A DNA stretch of 58,434 nucleotides from Rubricoccaceae bacterium (GCA_036399715.1 DASWMO010000138.1:1-58434), one strand, 5' to 3'. Counted from the first letter of the stretch, positions 25,309-35,192 are shown. Numbers and translations: made by a program. The notes: generated from the sequence alone by a model not told the origin.

Positions 25309-27037
25309 CCTTCTCTTCGCCGACCTCGCGGCGGCGCTCGGCGACATCGCCGCCGCCTCGGGCCGCCTCGCCAAGGCCGACCGTCTCGCCGCCCTCCTCG
25401 CCACGGCGACCGACGACGACGCGGCACGCGTCGCCCGCTACGCGTCGGGCCGCGTCTTTCCCCTCGCGGACGAGCGGACAGTCGACGTCGGCTTCGCGTC
25501 GCTGACGACGGCGATTGCAACCGCGACCGGGGCTGAGCCCGACGCGCTCCGCGCAGCCCTCGTGCGCCTCGGTGACCCGGGCGACGTTGCGGCCGAGGCA
25601 TTGGGCGAGCGCCCGCCATCCGCGCTCCCGCTCGCCGAGATCGAAGCCGTCTTCGAAGCCATCGCCGCGACGCGCGGCTCCAAGGCCCGGACCGCCCTCG
25701 TCGCCGAGGCGCTCGGACGGCTCGGGACGCAGGAGGCGCGCTTTTTCGTCCGTCTGCTCGCCGGCGACCTGCGGACGGGCATGCTCGACGGCGGCGTCGA
25801 ACTCGCGCTCGCGCGGGCGCACGGGGCCGAGATCGGGGCCGTCCAGCGCGGCCACATGCTCACGGGCGACATTGGCGAGACGGCCGTCCTCGCGCGCCAC
25901 GGGCGCCTCGGCGAGGCTGCGATGCGCCCGTTCCACCCGGTCCGCTTCATGCTCGCCAGCCCGGCCGAAGACGCCGCCGACGTGGCGCGCCAGATCGAGC
26001 CGCCGTTTCTGGTCGAAGACAAGTTCGACGGCATCCGGGCGCAGGCGCATGTCGCGTTCGAGGCTGCACCGGAGCACGCGCCCGGCGTGACCGGTGCCGT
26101 GGACCTGCACGGCGAGACCGTCGAAACACCAGCCGGGACGGTCCGCGTAGCGCTCTTCTCCCGGACCCTCGACGCCGTCGGGCGATCGTTCCCGGATCTG
26201 ATTGCGTCGCTCGCGGCCCTTGCCCGCCCCGGCGGACTCGTCCTCGACGGCGAGATCGTCCCGCTCGGGCCCGGCGGCCGTATCGCGCCGTTCCAGTCGC
26301 TCCAGCCGCGCCTCGGCCGCAAGACCGTCACGGCCGAGATGCTCCGCGACGCGCCGGTCGGCTTTGTCGTCTACGACGTCCTCGCGGCCGGCGGCGAGAC
26401 CCTCCTCGACACGCCGCTCGCCGACCGCCGGGCCGCCCTCGACGCACTCGCCCTCCCGCCCGCAGACGCGCCCCAACCCGACGTGCGCCTGTTCCGCTCA
26501 GTTGTTGCCGAGGTGACAGCGACCGAGGCGCTCGACGCCGCCTTCGACGCAGCCCGTGCACGCGGCAACGAGGGCCTGATGATCAAGCGGCCGGACTCGC
26601 TCTACCTCCCAGGCCGCCGCGGCCGCGACTGGCTGAAGCTCAAAAAGGCCCTCGCGACGCTCGACGTCGTCGTGGTGTCGGTCGAGGTCGGCAACGGCGG
26701 CCGGCGGCACCTCCTGAGCGACCTCACGTTCGCCGTCCGCGGCGAGGACGGCACGCTGCTGACGGTCGGCAAGGCGTACTCGGGCCTCACGGACGCTGAA
26801 CTGGTCGAGCTTACGGCGTGGTTCGAGGCGCACACGCTCCAGACGTTCGCCCACGGCAAGGTGCGGACGGTCGAGCCTGAGATCGTCGTCGAGGTCGCCT
26901 TCGACCGCGTGCAGCCGAGCCCGCGCCACAAGAGCGGCTTCGCCCTCCGCTTCCCCCGGATCGTCCGTCTGCGGCCCGACAAGCCCGTCGCGGAGATCGA
27001 CACGCTCGCGACCGTCGCCGCCCTCGCCGAGGCCTGA
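25301..27037 (+). CDS. ATP-dependent DNA ligase (Lig1/LigB-like, with N-terminal DNA-binding domain)
   Basis: The ATG at 25301 gives MPDLLFADL. It carries the adenylation motif I EDKFDGIRAQ, followed by LVLDGEIV, EGLMIK and DWLKLKK, and then an OB-fold tail. The product is 578 aa. Confidence 0.9.
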   Translation: MPDLLFADLAAALGDIAAASGRLAKADRLAALLATATDDDAARVARYASGRVFPLADERTVDVGFASLTTAIATATGAEPDALRAALVRLGDPGDVAAEALGERPPSALPLAEIEAVFEAIAATRGSKARTALVAEALGRLGTQEARFFVRLLAGDLRTGMLDGGVELALARAHGAEIGAVQRGHMLTGDIGETAVLARHGRLGEAAMRPFHPVRFMLASPAEDAADVARQIEPPFLVEDKFDGIRAQAHVAFEAAPEHAPGVTGAVDLHGETVETPAGTVRVALFSRTLDAVGRSFPDLIASLAALARPGGLVLDGEIVPLGPGGRIAPFQSLQPRLGRKTVTAEMLRDAPVGFVVYDVLAAGGETLLDTPLADRRAALDALALPPADAPQPDVRLFRSVVAEVTATEALDAAFDAARARGNEGLMIKRPDSLYLPGRRGRDWLKLKKALATLDVVVVSVEVGNGGRRHLLSDLTFAVRGEDGTLLTVGKAYSGLTDAELVELTAWFEAHTLQTFAHGKVRTVEPEIVVEVAFDRVQPSPRHKSGFALRFPRIVRLRPDKPVAEIDTLATVAALAEA

Positions 27038-27071
27038 CCGAAACGGCCGCTCGCCCCCTCTCCCCTCCCCG

Positions 27072-28202
27072 ATGGAACCCTCCGACGACCGCATCGAGGC
27101 CAGCCTCGTCCCGTTCCGCGCCTTTCTCGACGCGCGCCCCGAGGGCGGCCACACGGTTGTGCTGTGCCACTTCGACGCCGACGGCCTCGCCGCAGGCGCC
27201 CTCTTCGGGCGCGGTCTGCCCCTGCTCGGCGCGGGCCGCGTGACCGTCGTACCGTCAGGTCGTGACGAGTCCGCCTTCTCGGACGCTGCCCGGGACCGGC
27301 TTCGCGCGCTCCGCCCCGACGCGCTCGTCGTGACGGACCTCGGCGTGAGCGAATCCGGGACACTCGAAGCCGATGGGACGCCCGTCCTCTACGTCGATCA
27401 CCACCGGCCGAGCGGTCTGCCCGCGGGCGGGCTCGTCGTGAGCGGCTACGACTGGGACCCCGTCCCGTGCTCGGCCGAGCTCGCCTACGCGCTCCTCGAA
27501 GCCGTCGTGCCGGACGTGGACGAGATGCGGACGCTGGACTGGATCGCCGCCATCGGCGTCCTCTCGGACCTCGGCGACAACGCGCCGTGGCTGCCGCTCG
27601 CCGACACCAAGCGCCGTCACACAGCCAAGTGGCTCAAAGAGGCGACGGTCCTCGTCAACGCCGCCCGCCGCGGCGCGACGTTCCGTGCCGACGCGGCGCT
27701 CGCGCTCCTGATGGAACTCGATGGCCCGCGCGACCTCGCCGAGGCGCCCGAGGCCGAGCCGCTTCGGGCTGCCCGGAAGGAAGTCGCCGACGCGATGGCC
27801 GTGGCCCGCAAGCGCGCGCCCGTCTTCTCGACCCGCGACGCCGCCGTCCCGCCCGACGCACGCCCCGCCGCTGACCTCCGCTTCGCGCTCGTCACGGTCC
27901 ACTCGCCGTGCCAGATCCACCCGCTCATCGCGCAGCAGTGGCGCACGCGCCTGCCGGACTACGCCGTCGTCTGCGCCAATACAGGCTATCTGCCCGGCAC
28001 CATCGCCTTCTCGACGCGGACCGCGCGAACGGACGTCGTGCTGCCGGCGCTCTACCGGGCCATCGACACGCCGGGCTGGAACGGGCGCTGGGGCCACGGC
28101 CACGACCAGGCCTCGGGCGGCCACCTCCCGCCGGCCGTGTTCAACGAAGTGCTCGACGCGCTCGGCTTCGAAGCAACCGCTCACCTCGCGGTGCCGGCCT
28201 AG
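27072..28202 (+). CDS. DHH/DHHA1-family phosphoesterase (RecJ/NrnA-like)
   Basis: It carries the DHH-family motifs CHFDADGLAAG (DxD), VVTDLG and YVDHHRP (DHH). The DHHA1-like motif GHGHDQASGG lies near the C-terminus. It starts 34 nt after the ligase stop. Confidence 0.8.
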   Translation: MEPSDDRIEASLVPFRAFLDARPEGGHTVVLCHFDADGLAAGALFGRGLPLLGAGRVTVVPSGRDESAFSDAARDRLRALRPDALVVTDLGVSESGTLEADGTPVLYVDHHRPSGLPAGGLVVSGYDWDPVPCSAELAYALLEAVVPDVDEMRTLDWIAAIGVLSDLGDNAPWLPLADTKRRHTAKWLKEATVLVNAARRGATFRADAALALLMELDGPRDLAEAPEAEPLRAARKEVADAMAVARKRAPVFSTRDAAVPPDARPAADLRFALVTVHSPCQIHPLIAQQWRTRLPDYAVVCANTGYLPGTIAFSTRTARTDVVLPALYRAIDTPGWNGRWGHGHDQASGGHLPPAVFNEVLDALGFEATAHLAVPA

Positions 28203-28669
28203 ACAGCGGCGCGCTCAGTCGCGCGTCGCGCGCCGCGGCGGCGCGTCGTCGGCTTGGGCGAGCGCCAGGACGGCATCCGGCGCTCGCGCTGCGGGAGCGT
28301 GTGCAGCGGGCGAGCGGGCGCCACGGTGGGCTCAGGCGTCGCGAGGGACCTCAACGGATCTGTCGCGGGCGTCGTGAGGCTGCGGATCCACGCCCACGGC
28401 ACGGCCCTCAGGCGCACCTGCACGAGCGGCCCGAGCACGAGCACAGCGACGGCCTGGTCCGGCGCCTCGCACGTCCCGACGACGAGGAGCCCACCGCCCG
28501 TGCACGCCTCAGCCCCGACGCGTGCACCGTAGCGGTCGAGCACCGCGCACGGCGCGACGCGCACGAGCCGGTACGTCCCGACGGCCGTCCGCCGCACGTC
28601 CGGGCGGCGCGGGTCGGCCGCGAGGCCTAGACAGTCCAACGACAGCACCGCGAAACCGTCGATCGGCAT
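28199..28669 (-). CDS. Hypothetical protein (start uncertain; the reading frame stays open upstream to 28930)
   Basis: Third-position GC is high throughout. By hand translation, the in-frame region upstream of the ATG encodes a TM-like segment LFYAALVALAVTLATVLTASAASIW. That stretch contains no ATG, GTG or TTG, only a CTG at 28870..28868. Confidence 0.4.
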   Translation of the reverse strand: MPIDGFAVLSLDCLGLAADPRRPDVRRTAVGTYRLVRVAPCAVLDRYGARVGAEACTGGGLLVVGTCEAPDQAVAVLVLGPLVQVRLRAVPWAWIRSLTTPATDPLRSLATPEPTVAPARPLHTLPQRERRMPSWRSPKPTTRRRGARRATERAAV

Positions 28670-29012
28670 GTCGGCCCCGCCGAGTGCGACCGGGGAACGG
28701 AGCCACCGCTGTGCGAGGCTGGCGATCCAGCCTGCCTCGGTCGCCCGGGCGTCCGTCCGGCGCTGCGCACGCCGGGGTGCGAGGACGCGTGCAGACCAGA
28801 TGCTGGCGGCCGACGCCGTGAGGACGGTGGCGAGGGTGACGGCGAGGGCGACGAGAGCGGCGTAGAACAGCGGACCGGGACTAGGAGCGTCCTGCTCTCC
28901 GGCAATGCCTGTGCCGACAGCTATTTCGCCTTACGGCCGTTCACGCAGCCGGAACGTCGCGTCGGAACGGAACACCAGCGTTCCATTTCCACCGCATTAG
29001 GATTTGATCGGC

Positions 29013-30644
29013 TCAGGGCCGCCCGAGCGTCTGCGCGTAGCGCGCCGGGTCCAGCACGAGCGCGCGGGCGGCGGCCAGGACGGCGTCGTCGGCGAGGGCC
29101 GCCTCGGCGAGGCCACGCTGCCCGACCGCGCGGGCGAGGATCTCCTGGCGGAGGCGCGCGCGCAGGCGCGGCGCGTTGCGCTCGGCGTCGCGCGCCTTGT
29201 CCCGCTCCGCGACGCGGCGCAGCGCGGCCGTCTCGGCCGCGGCCTCGGTCCCGGCGGCCGCGAGGTCGCGGGCGAGCGCGTCGATGGCGAGTTCGGCCGG
29301 GGTTTCGTAGTCGACGCCCTCGATGGAGCGCCGGAAGTCGGCCCAGACGGCGTCCGTCACGCGGAAGTCGGCGCCGAGCGTCGGGTTGGCGGCCGCGTAG
29401 CGGTTGGCGAACTGGAGAAAGGCCGCCTCGCGGACGAGAGCCGCTTCGAGCGCGCTCGGCTCGCCGAGGCCCACGGGTACGTCGGGCTCGATGCCGCCGC
29501 CCGAGCGGACAGCTCGGCCGGCGGCCGTCCGGAACGCGCGGCGGTCCGCCTCGGCGACGGCCGTCGCCTCGGCGCCCTGCGCGTACGTCAGGCGCTGAAT
29601 CTCGCGCCCGACGGGCGTCGTGTAGCGGCTGACCGTCAGCTTGAGGGCTGTCCCGTAGGGCATCGGCCGCACGACCTGTACGAGGCCTTTCCCGAACGTC
29701 GTCTCGCCGACGATCACGCCGCGGTCCCAGTCCTGAAGCGCCCCGGCGACGATCTCGGACGCCGACGCGCTGTGGCGGTCTACGAGAACCGCGACCGGCA
29801 CGTCGGGCAAGAGCGGCGAGGTGGTCGTGCGGTAGACGGCGGCCATTCCCTCGGCGCGGCCGCGCGTCGCGGTGACGAGCGTGCCCTGGGGCAGGAACAG
29901 GCCCGACACGTCGACGGCCTCGTTGAGCAGCCCGCCGGGGTTGCCGCGCAGGTCCAGAACGAGCGCGCGGACCGTGCCCCGGCCTTGCAGCGCCTCGACC
30001 GCGGACCGGATCTGAGCCGACGCGGGCCCGAGAAAGTCGGTCAGGCGGACGTACGCGACGCCGTCGGCCGGAGCCCCGACGAAGCTCGAGAACGCGACGC
30101 GGTCGGTCGGCTCCTCGGCACGCACGAGTTGGAAGCGCAGCGCGACAGGCGGCCCCGACGCCGCCTCGCGCTCGACTTCGACGGCGACCGTCGAGCCGGG
30201 CTCGCCGCGCAGGAGAGCCGCCGCCGCCGTGGCCGTCAGGTCCGCTGCCGGGCGCCCGGCAATCGTCACGACGGCGTCGCCGGGGCGGACGCCCTGCGCC
30301 TCGGCCGCCGACGCGTCCAGCACGGCCGCGACGACGAGCCGGCCGCCGGCCTGCGCCGGCACCACACCCACGCCGCCGACGTCGCGGCCCTGTTGAAAGC
30401 GGCCCGCGGCCGTCGTCGCCTCGTCGAAAAAGACCGTATACGGGTCCAGCTCGCTCGTCATCGACGCGATGCCGGCACGCATCATCCGCTCGGCATCGAC
30501 ATGGTCCACGTACTCGGACGCGAGGGCCTCGTAGATCTGCCCAAACAGAGCGACGTTCTTGCGGACGGCGAAAAGGTCGTCGCCGGTCTGCGCGCGGGCG
30601 GCGGGCGCAGCGAGCGTGAGGGCGAGAAGGACGGCGCGGCGCAT
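29013..30644 (-). CDS. S41-family carboxy-terminal processing peptidase
   Basis: Starts at MRRAVLLALTLAAPAARAQ (signal peptide). A PDZ-like region follows (GVRPGDAVV.I.G). It has LDLRGNPGGLL and the catalytic region SASASEIVAGALQD..R..IVGE.TFGKG. Confidence 0.88.
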   Translation of the reverse strand: MRRAVLLALTLAAPAARAQTGDDLFAVRKNVALFGQIYEALASEYVDHVDAERMMRAGIASMTSELDPYTVFFDEATTAAGRFQQGRDVGGVGVVPAQAGGRLVVAAVLDASAAEAQGVRPGDAVVTIAGRPAADLTATAAAALLRGEPGSTVAVEVEREAASGPPVALRFQLVRAEEPTDRVAFSSFVGAPADGVAYVRLTDFLGPASAQIRSAVEALQGRGTVRALVLDLRGNPGGLLNEAVDVSGLFLPQGTLVTATRGRAEGMAAVYRTTTSPLLPDVPVAVLVDRHSASASEIVAGALQDWDRGVIVGETTFGKGLVQVVRPMPYGTALKLTVSRYTTPVGREIQRLTYAQGAEATAVAEADRRAFRTAAGRAVRSGGGIEPDVPVGLGEPSALEAALVREAAFLQFANRYAAANPTLGADFRVTDAVWADFRRSIEGVDYETPAELAIDALARDLAAAGTEAAAETAALRRVAERDKARDAERNAPRLRARLRQEILARAVGQRGLAEAALADDAVLAAARALVLDPARYAQTLGRP

Positions 30645-30708
30645 AGGAAAAGGCGGTGGTCGCGGGAGAACGGCCCGGACGGCCGAGTCGCGCGTCCGCG
30701 GGCCCGCG

Positions 30709-31662
30709 CTACGCCATTCCGTCGCCGGCCGGCGGCTGGACGGCCGGCGGAGCGGCGAGCGCCGGGAGGGCATCGGCGGGGGTGACGATGGCCGTCGGGA
30801 GGGGTGCACCAGAAGCTGCCGCCTCGGCGGCGAGGCGGGCCTCCTCGCGGCGCTTGCCGCGCTCGACGACGCGCGTCATCACGATCGAGAACTGGTACAG
30901 CATCACGAGCGGGAGCGCCATCACGACGAGGCTCAGCGGGTCCGTCCCCGGCGTGATGACCGCGGCGAGGATGAGGATCACGACGATCGCGTAGCGCCAG
31001 CTCTTCTGGAGGAAGTCGCCGGTCACGATCCCGAGCTTCGCCAGCACGAACACGACCACGGGCAGCTCGAACAGCAGGCCCGCCCCGAATGTGAGCGTGA
31101 TGATCTGCGAGAAGTACTTCGAGATGTCGAACTCGTTGATGATCGTCGTCGAGATCTGGAAGTTGGCGAAGAACTGGAGCGAGAGCGGCGACAGGACGAG
31201 GTAGCCGAACGTGATCCCGAGCGCGAAGAAGAACGTCGCGAAGAGCGCCCCGAAGCGAACGCCCCGCTTCTCGGAGGGGTATAGCCCGGGCTCAATAAAC
31301 TTCCAGATCTGGTAGACGATGACCGGCGAGCCGGCCACGATCGCGCTCGCGAAGACGGTCCCGTAGTACGCGAAGAACTGGCCCGTGATGGACCTGTTCT
31401 GGAGGATCACGTCGACCGCGTCGATCCGCATGAAGCGGTACATGAACCACTCCTTGTGCGTCTGTGCGAGCAGGATGTTGTTGATGATCCAGTCCGCAAA
31501 GACGAAGCACACGACGACGGCGACCGCGATGCCGCCGAGGGACTTGAACAGGTGCCAGCGCAACTCCTCGAGGTGGTCGAGAAACGGCATCTCCGCCGCG
31601 GCCGCCGGCTGCCCGTCCGGGGCCAGAACGACGGCGACGCCGGTGACGGGCGCGCCGGTCAT
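30709..31662 (-). CDS. tatC: Twin-arginine translocase subunit TatC
   Basis: It has MPFLDHLEELRW, multiple TM helices, and IEPGLYP.EK...  together with ..TP..DP.S. The start is ambiguous: ATG at 31662 (chosen), ATG at 31590, or GTG at 31758. Confidence 0.88.
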   Translation of the reverse strand: MTGAPVTGVAVVLAPDGQPAAAAEMPFLDHLEELRWHLFKSLGGIAVAVVVCFVFADWIINNILLAQTHKEWFMYRFMRIDAVDVILQNRSITGQFFAYYGTVFASAIVAGSPVIVYQIWKFIEPGLYPSEKRGVRFGALFATFFFALGITFGYLVLSPLSLQFFANFQISTTIINEFDISKYFSQIITLTFGAGLLFELPVVVFVLAKLGIVTGDFLQKSWRYAIVVILILAAVITPGTDPLSLVVMALPLVMLYQFSIVMTRVVERGKRREEARLAAEAAASGAPLPTAIVTPADALPALAAPPAVQPPAGDGMA

Positions 31663-31765
31663 GGGCACGCCCGAGGCGTCGAGGACGGTCCCGCCGGGTA
31701 AACCCGGACCTGCAGGCGGGGCGGGTGGCGCGGACGGCTTCGATCTCCAGATGTTCACAGTCGCG

Positions 31766-32377
31766 TCAGGCCGTGTCGCCCGAGGCCGGCGGGCGGGCCG
31801 GGGCACTCTCGCGCAGGTTCAGTTCGAGCAGCGACTCGACCCAGAGGCCGTCGCCTTCGAGGCGCGCGCGCCCGCCGGACCACGTGAAGTTGAACAGCGT
31901 TACTAGTCCTGCCACCTCGAAGCCGTCGCTGCGGAGGAGCGCGACGGCGCGGGCCGCCGAGCGGCCCGAGTTGAGGATGTCGTCCGCGAGGGCGACCGGC
32001 TGGCTGCGGTCGAGCGGGCCTTCGACGAGGCGGCGGCGGCCGTAGGGCTTGCGGCGCTCGCGGATGAAGCCGCCGGCGAGCGGCCGCTCGGGCGTGCCGT
32101 GCGGGAGGACGGAGCAGACGAGCGGGAACGCGCCGTAGCCGTAGCCCGCGACCTGCGTCACGCCGCGCGCGGCGAGGCGCTCGGCGATGACCGCGCCCGC
32201 CTCCGAGAAGACGGCGCCGTCGAGCATCGGCGTCCGCGTGTCGAGGAGCCACCCGATGGGCTGGCCGCGGGGGTCCGTGATGGCCTCGTCCTCGCGGCGC
32301 ACGAGCGCGCGCTGGTACAGCGTGTGCCCGAGCCGCGCGAGCGCCGTCTCCTGAACCGGGGTCGAATCGTGAGCCAT
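31766..32377 (-). CDS. Phosphoribosyltransferase-domain protein (type I PRTase)
   Basis: It carries the PRPP-binding loop VALADDILNSGRSA and has a PyrE-like overall length. Its substrate cannot be assigned. Confidence 0.65.
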   Translation of the reverse strand: MAHDSTPVQETALARLGHTLYQRALVRREDEAITDPRGQPIGWLLDTRTPMLDGAVFSEAGAVIAERLAARGVTQVAGYGYGAFPLVCSVLPHGTPERPLAGGFIRERRKPYGRRRLVEGPLDRSQPVALADDILNSGRSAARAVALLRSDGFEVAGLVTLFNFTWSGGRARLEGDGLWVESLLELNLRESAPARPPASGDTA

Positions 32378-32576
32378 TAGGGAGAGGTCGCGCGGTGAGG
32401 CGCGTGCGCGGCGGGCGAGGAAACTACGGCGCCGGTTGAACGGATCGGCCGGCAGACGGCCGTCCGAAAGCGCCGCCGCTGAGTCAGGCCAACGGTCGGC
32501 CGGCGGACGGTCGTACGCGGCCTTGCCGCCGCGGCTCCGCCCGGCGCAGATTCTCCCGCCTCAGGGCTGGGAGGGC

Positions 32577-33869
32577 TCAGGCCGGCTCGAGCGTGTAGAG
32601 CGGGAACGCGTCGCACATCGCGCGGACCTCCCGGCGGACCGTCTCGGCCTCGCCGCCGCGGCTCGTGAGCACGCGGTCGATGAGGGCCGCGACCGTCCGG
32701 AACTCGTCTGGCCCGAAGCCGCGCGTCGCCATCGCAGGTGCGCCGATGCGGATGCCCGACGTCACGAACGGGCTCTCGGGGTCGCCGGGGACCATGTTCT
32801 TGTTGACGGTGATCGCGGCCGTGCCGAGAAGGGCCTCGGCCTCTTTGCCCGTCACGCCCTTCGAGCGGAGGTCGACGAGCGCGAGGTGGTTGTCCGTCCC
32901 TCCCGAGACGACGGCGTACCCGCGCTCGACGAACGCCTCGGCGAGGGCCTGCGCGCTCGCGACGGTTCGCCGCTGGTAATCGGCGAACTCGGGCCGGAGA
33001 GCTTCGGCGAAGGCGACGGCCTTGCCGGCGATTCCGTGCATCAGCGGCCCGCCGATGGCGCCGGGGAACATGGCCGAGTCGAGCACCTGCCCGGTCGTCT
33101 TGGGCGTGCCGTTCTTGAGCGTCTCGCCGGTCGGGGACGGACCGTCGGTGCCGACGAGGAGCATCCCGCCGCGCGGCCCGCGGAGCGTCTTGTGCGTCGT
33201 CGTGCTCACGACGTGGGCGTGCGGGAGCGGGTCGTTGAGCAGGCGGGCGGCGACGAGGCCGGCCGTGTGCGCCATGTCCACCCACAGGATCGCCCCGACC
33301 TCGTCGGCGATCTGCCGGAAGGCGGCGTAGTCGAAGTCCCGCGAGTACGCGCTCGCGCCGACGGAGAGCATCTTCGGGCGGACCTCGTGCGCCTTCGCGC
33401 GCACCTTGTCGAGGTCGATCCGGCCGGCGTTCGGCCCGTCCACGTCGACGCCGTAGAAGTGGGCGTCGTAGAGCTTGCCCGAGAAGTTGACCGGGCTGCC
33501 GTGCGTGAGGTGGCCGCCGTGGGCGAGGTCGAGGCCGAGCAGGCGCTCGCCGGGCTTCATGAACGCGAGGTAGACCGCGTGGTTGGCCGTCGCGCCCGAG
33601 TGCGGCTGCACGTTCACCCAGTCGCAGCGGAACAGCTCGCGGGCGCGGGCGCGCGCCAGGTCTTCCACCTGATCGACCACTTCGCAGCCGCCGTAGTAGC
33701 GCTTGCCCGGCAGGCCCTCGGCGTACTTGTTGGTCAGCGGACTGCCGACGGCCTCCATCACGGCCTCGGAGACGAAGTTCTCCGACGCGATCAGTTCGAG
33801 GCCGTCGTTCTGGCGCTCGGTCTCGCGGCGGATAAGGTCGGCGACAGCGGGGTCGGTCTGGGCGAGCAT
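32577..33869 (-). CDS. glyA: Serine hydroxymethyltransferase
   Basis: It has [31 protein letters not shown] and the PLP-lysine region [16 protein letters not shown]. Confidence 0.97.
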   Translation of the reverse strand: MLAQTDPAVADLIRRETERQNDGLELIASENFVSEAVMEAVGSPLTNKYAEGLPGKRYYGGCEVVDQVEDLARARARELFRCDWVNVQPHSGATANHAVYLAFMKPGERLLGLDLAHGGHLTHGSPVNFSGKLYDAHFYGVDVDGPNAGRIDLDKVRAKAHEVRPKMLSVGASAYSRDFDYAAFRQIADEVGAILWVDMAHTAGLVAARLLNDPLPHAHVVSTTTHKTLRGPRGGMLLVGTDGPSPTGETLKNGTPKTTGQVLDSAMFPGAIGGPLMHGIAGKAVAFAEALRPEFADYQRRTVASAQALAEAFVERGYAVVSGGTDNHLALVDLRSKGVTGKEAEALLGTAAITVNKNMVPGDPESPFVTSGIRIGAPAMATRGFGPDEFRTVAALIDRVLTSRGGEAETVRREVRAMCDAFPLYTLEPA

Positions 33870-33957
33870 GGGGGGTCGGGGCGGAGTCAGAGCAAGCTAG
33901 TGCCGGCCAACGCCCGATCCGCAGCACGCGTTCTCGCCACTGCCGGACAGCCGTGCA

Positions 33958-34374
33958 TCAGCCGGGGATGCCGGGCGGACGGCGCCGGGCGGGGGGGGCG
34001 CCCCGTCGCGTCGCCGCAGGCACGGCGGCCTCGGGCTGCTCGATGGCGACGAACCAGTTCGCGAGGCCGAGGTACGTCCACTCGCCGCCCGCCCGGTCGG
34101 CGTTGTCGTCGACGCGGTAGAGGCTCGCGACGTGGTAATCCGTCCGGTCGAACGGGATGGTGGCCGGGCCGCTGACCTCCCGCCCGACGCGGTCGGCGAG
34201 AAACGTCCGCGACGTGCCCGTGATCGTGCTGTCGGCCGCGCGCTGGGCCGCCTCGGCGCGCTCGGCACGGTCCATCCGCAGGAACGCCTCGAAGGCCTCA
34301 GGGCCCGGGTTGAGGACGTACAGCATCGTCCCAACGATGACCAGCCCGGCGAAGAGGATGCGAAGGGGAGTCAT
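33958..34374 (-). CDS. Hypothetical membrane-anchored protein
   Basis: The ATG at 34374 gives MTPLRILFAGLVIVGTMLYVL, a single N-terminal TM helix. No confident family call. Confidence 0.5.
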   Translation of the reverse strand: MTPLRILFAGLVIVGTMLYVLNPGPEAFEAFLRMDRAERAEAAQRAADSTITGTSRTFLADRVGREVSGPATIPFDRTDYHVASLYRVDDNADRAGGEWTYLGLANWFVAIEQPEAAVPAATRRGAPPARRRPPGIPG

Positions 34375-34441
34375 GGCGGCGCCCGGTTGTTCCATTCGGG
34401 TATCGGCCCGTCGCGCGTGCCCTCAAACCGGCAGCCTGTCG

Positions 34442-35140
34442 CTACGAGCCCGTCCCCTGCGACATCGCGTAGACGAGCAGGTTGACCCCCATCCGGAGGG
34501 CCGCCTCACGGACCTCGGGCGGGTCCGGGTGCGTCCCGGCCGGTTCCCAGCCGTCGGCGAGGTCGGACTGGAACGCGTAGAACACGACGAGGCGGCCCTC
34601 GTGGAACAGGCCGAGGCCCTCGGCGGGGCGGCCGTCGTGCTCGTGGACCTTCGGCAGGCCAGCCGGGAAGTCGAAGTGTGCGTGGTAGAGCGGGTGCGAC
34701 GTCGGGAGTGCCGCCAGTTCTTGGTCCGGGTAGACCTTGCGCAGCTCGGCGCGGATCGTCTCGTCGAGCCCGTAGTCGTCGTTGACGTAGAGAAAGCCGC
34801 CGGCGTCGAGGTAGCGGCGCAGGCGGGCCGCCTCGTCGGGCGTGAACGCGACCGAGCCGTGGCCGTTGAGGTAGAGAAACGGGTAGCCGAAGAGGCGATC
34901 CGACTCCAGATCGACGGTGTGGGGCTCGGGGTCGAGGTCGAGGAGCGTGTGGGCTCGCGCGTACGCGATGAGCGTCGGCAGCGGGTCGCCGGAGTACCAG
35001 TCGCCACCACCGCCGTAGTGGACACGTGCGATCGCGACCTCTCCGCCCGACGAGGCGCCGCTTGCAGACGCACGCTCCTGCGCGGCGACCGGCATGGCGG
35101 CCGCAGCGAGTGCGGCGAACAGAACGAGGCGGCGGAGCAT
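34442..35140 (-). CDS. DUF4159-domain protein
   Basis: Starts at MLRRLVLFAALAAAAMPVAAQ (signal peptide). It has RV.YGGGGDWY.....L..L, PFLY..GHG...F...E...LR.YL..GGFL..DD and V.Y......ADGWE, as in DUF4159 proteins of Bat/aerotolerance-type clusters. Confidence 0.7.
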   Translation of the reverse strand: MLRRLVLFAALAAAAMPVAAQERASASGASSGGEVAIARVHYGGGGDWYSGDPLPTLIAYARAHTLLDLDPEPHTVDLESDRLFGYPFLYLNGHGSVAFTPDEAARLRRYLDAGGFLYVNDDYGLDETIRAELRKVYPDQELAALPTSHPLYHAHFDFPAGLPKVHEHDGRPAEGLGLFHEGRLVVFYAFQSDLADGWEPAGTHPDPPEVREAALRMGVNLLVYAMSQGTGS

Positions 35141-35192
35141 CGCGGAACGGGCGGAGAACGGGTAGAATAGCGAGACGCCCACCGCCCCGCCT

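Noticed and set aside
33870-33957. Possible ZTP (pfl) or other riboswitch in the 88-nt leader of glyA
   Set aside because: I compared the minus-strand leader by eye with the pfl consensus (GGGUCGUGACUGGCG ... CCGGGGAGC ... CCGCCUGGGCA). It has only vague resemblance (CAGTGGCGAGAAC, CCGCCCCGACC) and no CCGGGGAGC-like element. A covariance-model scan would be needed to revive the idea.
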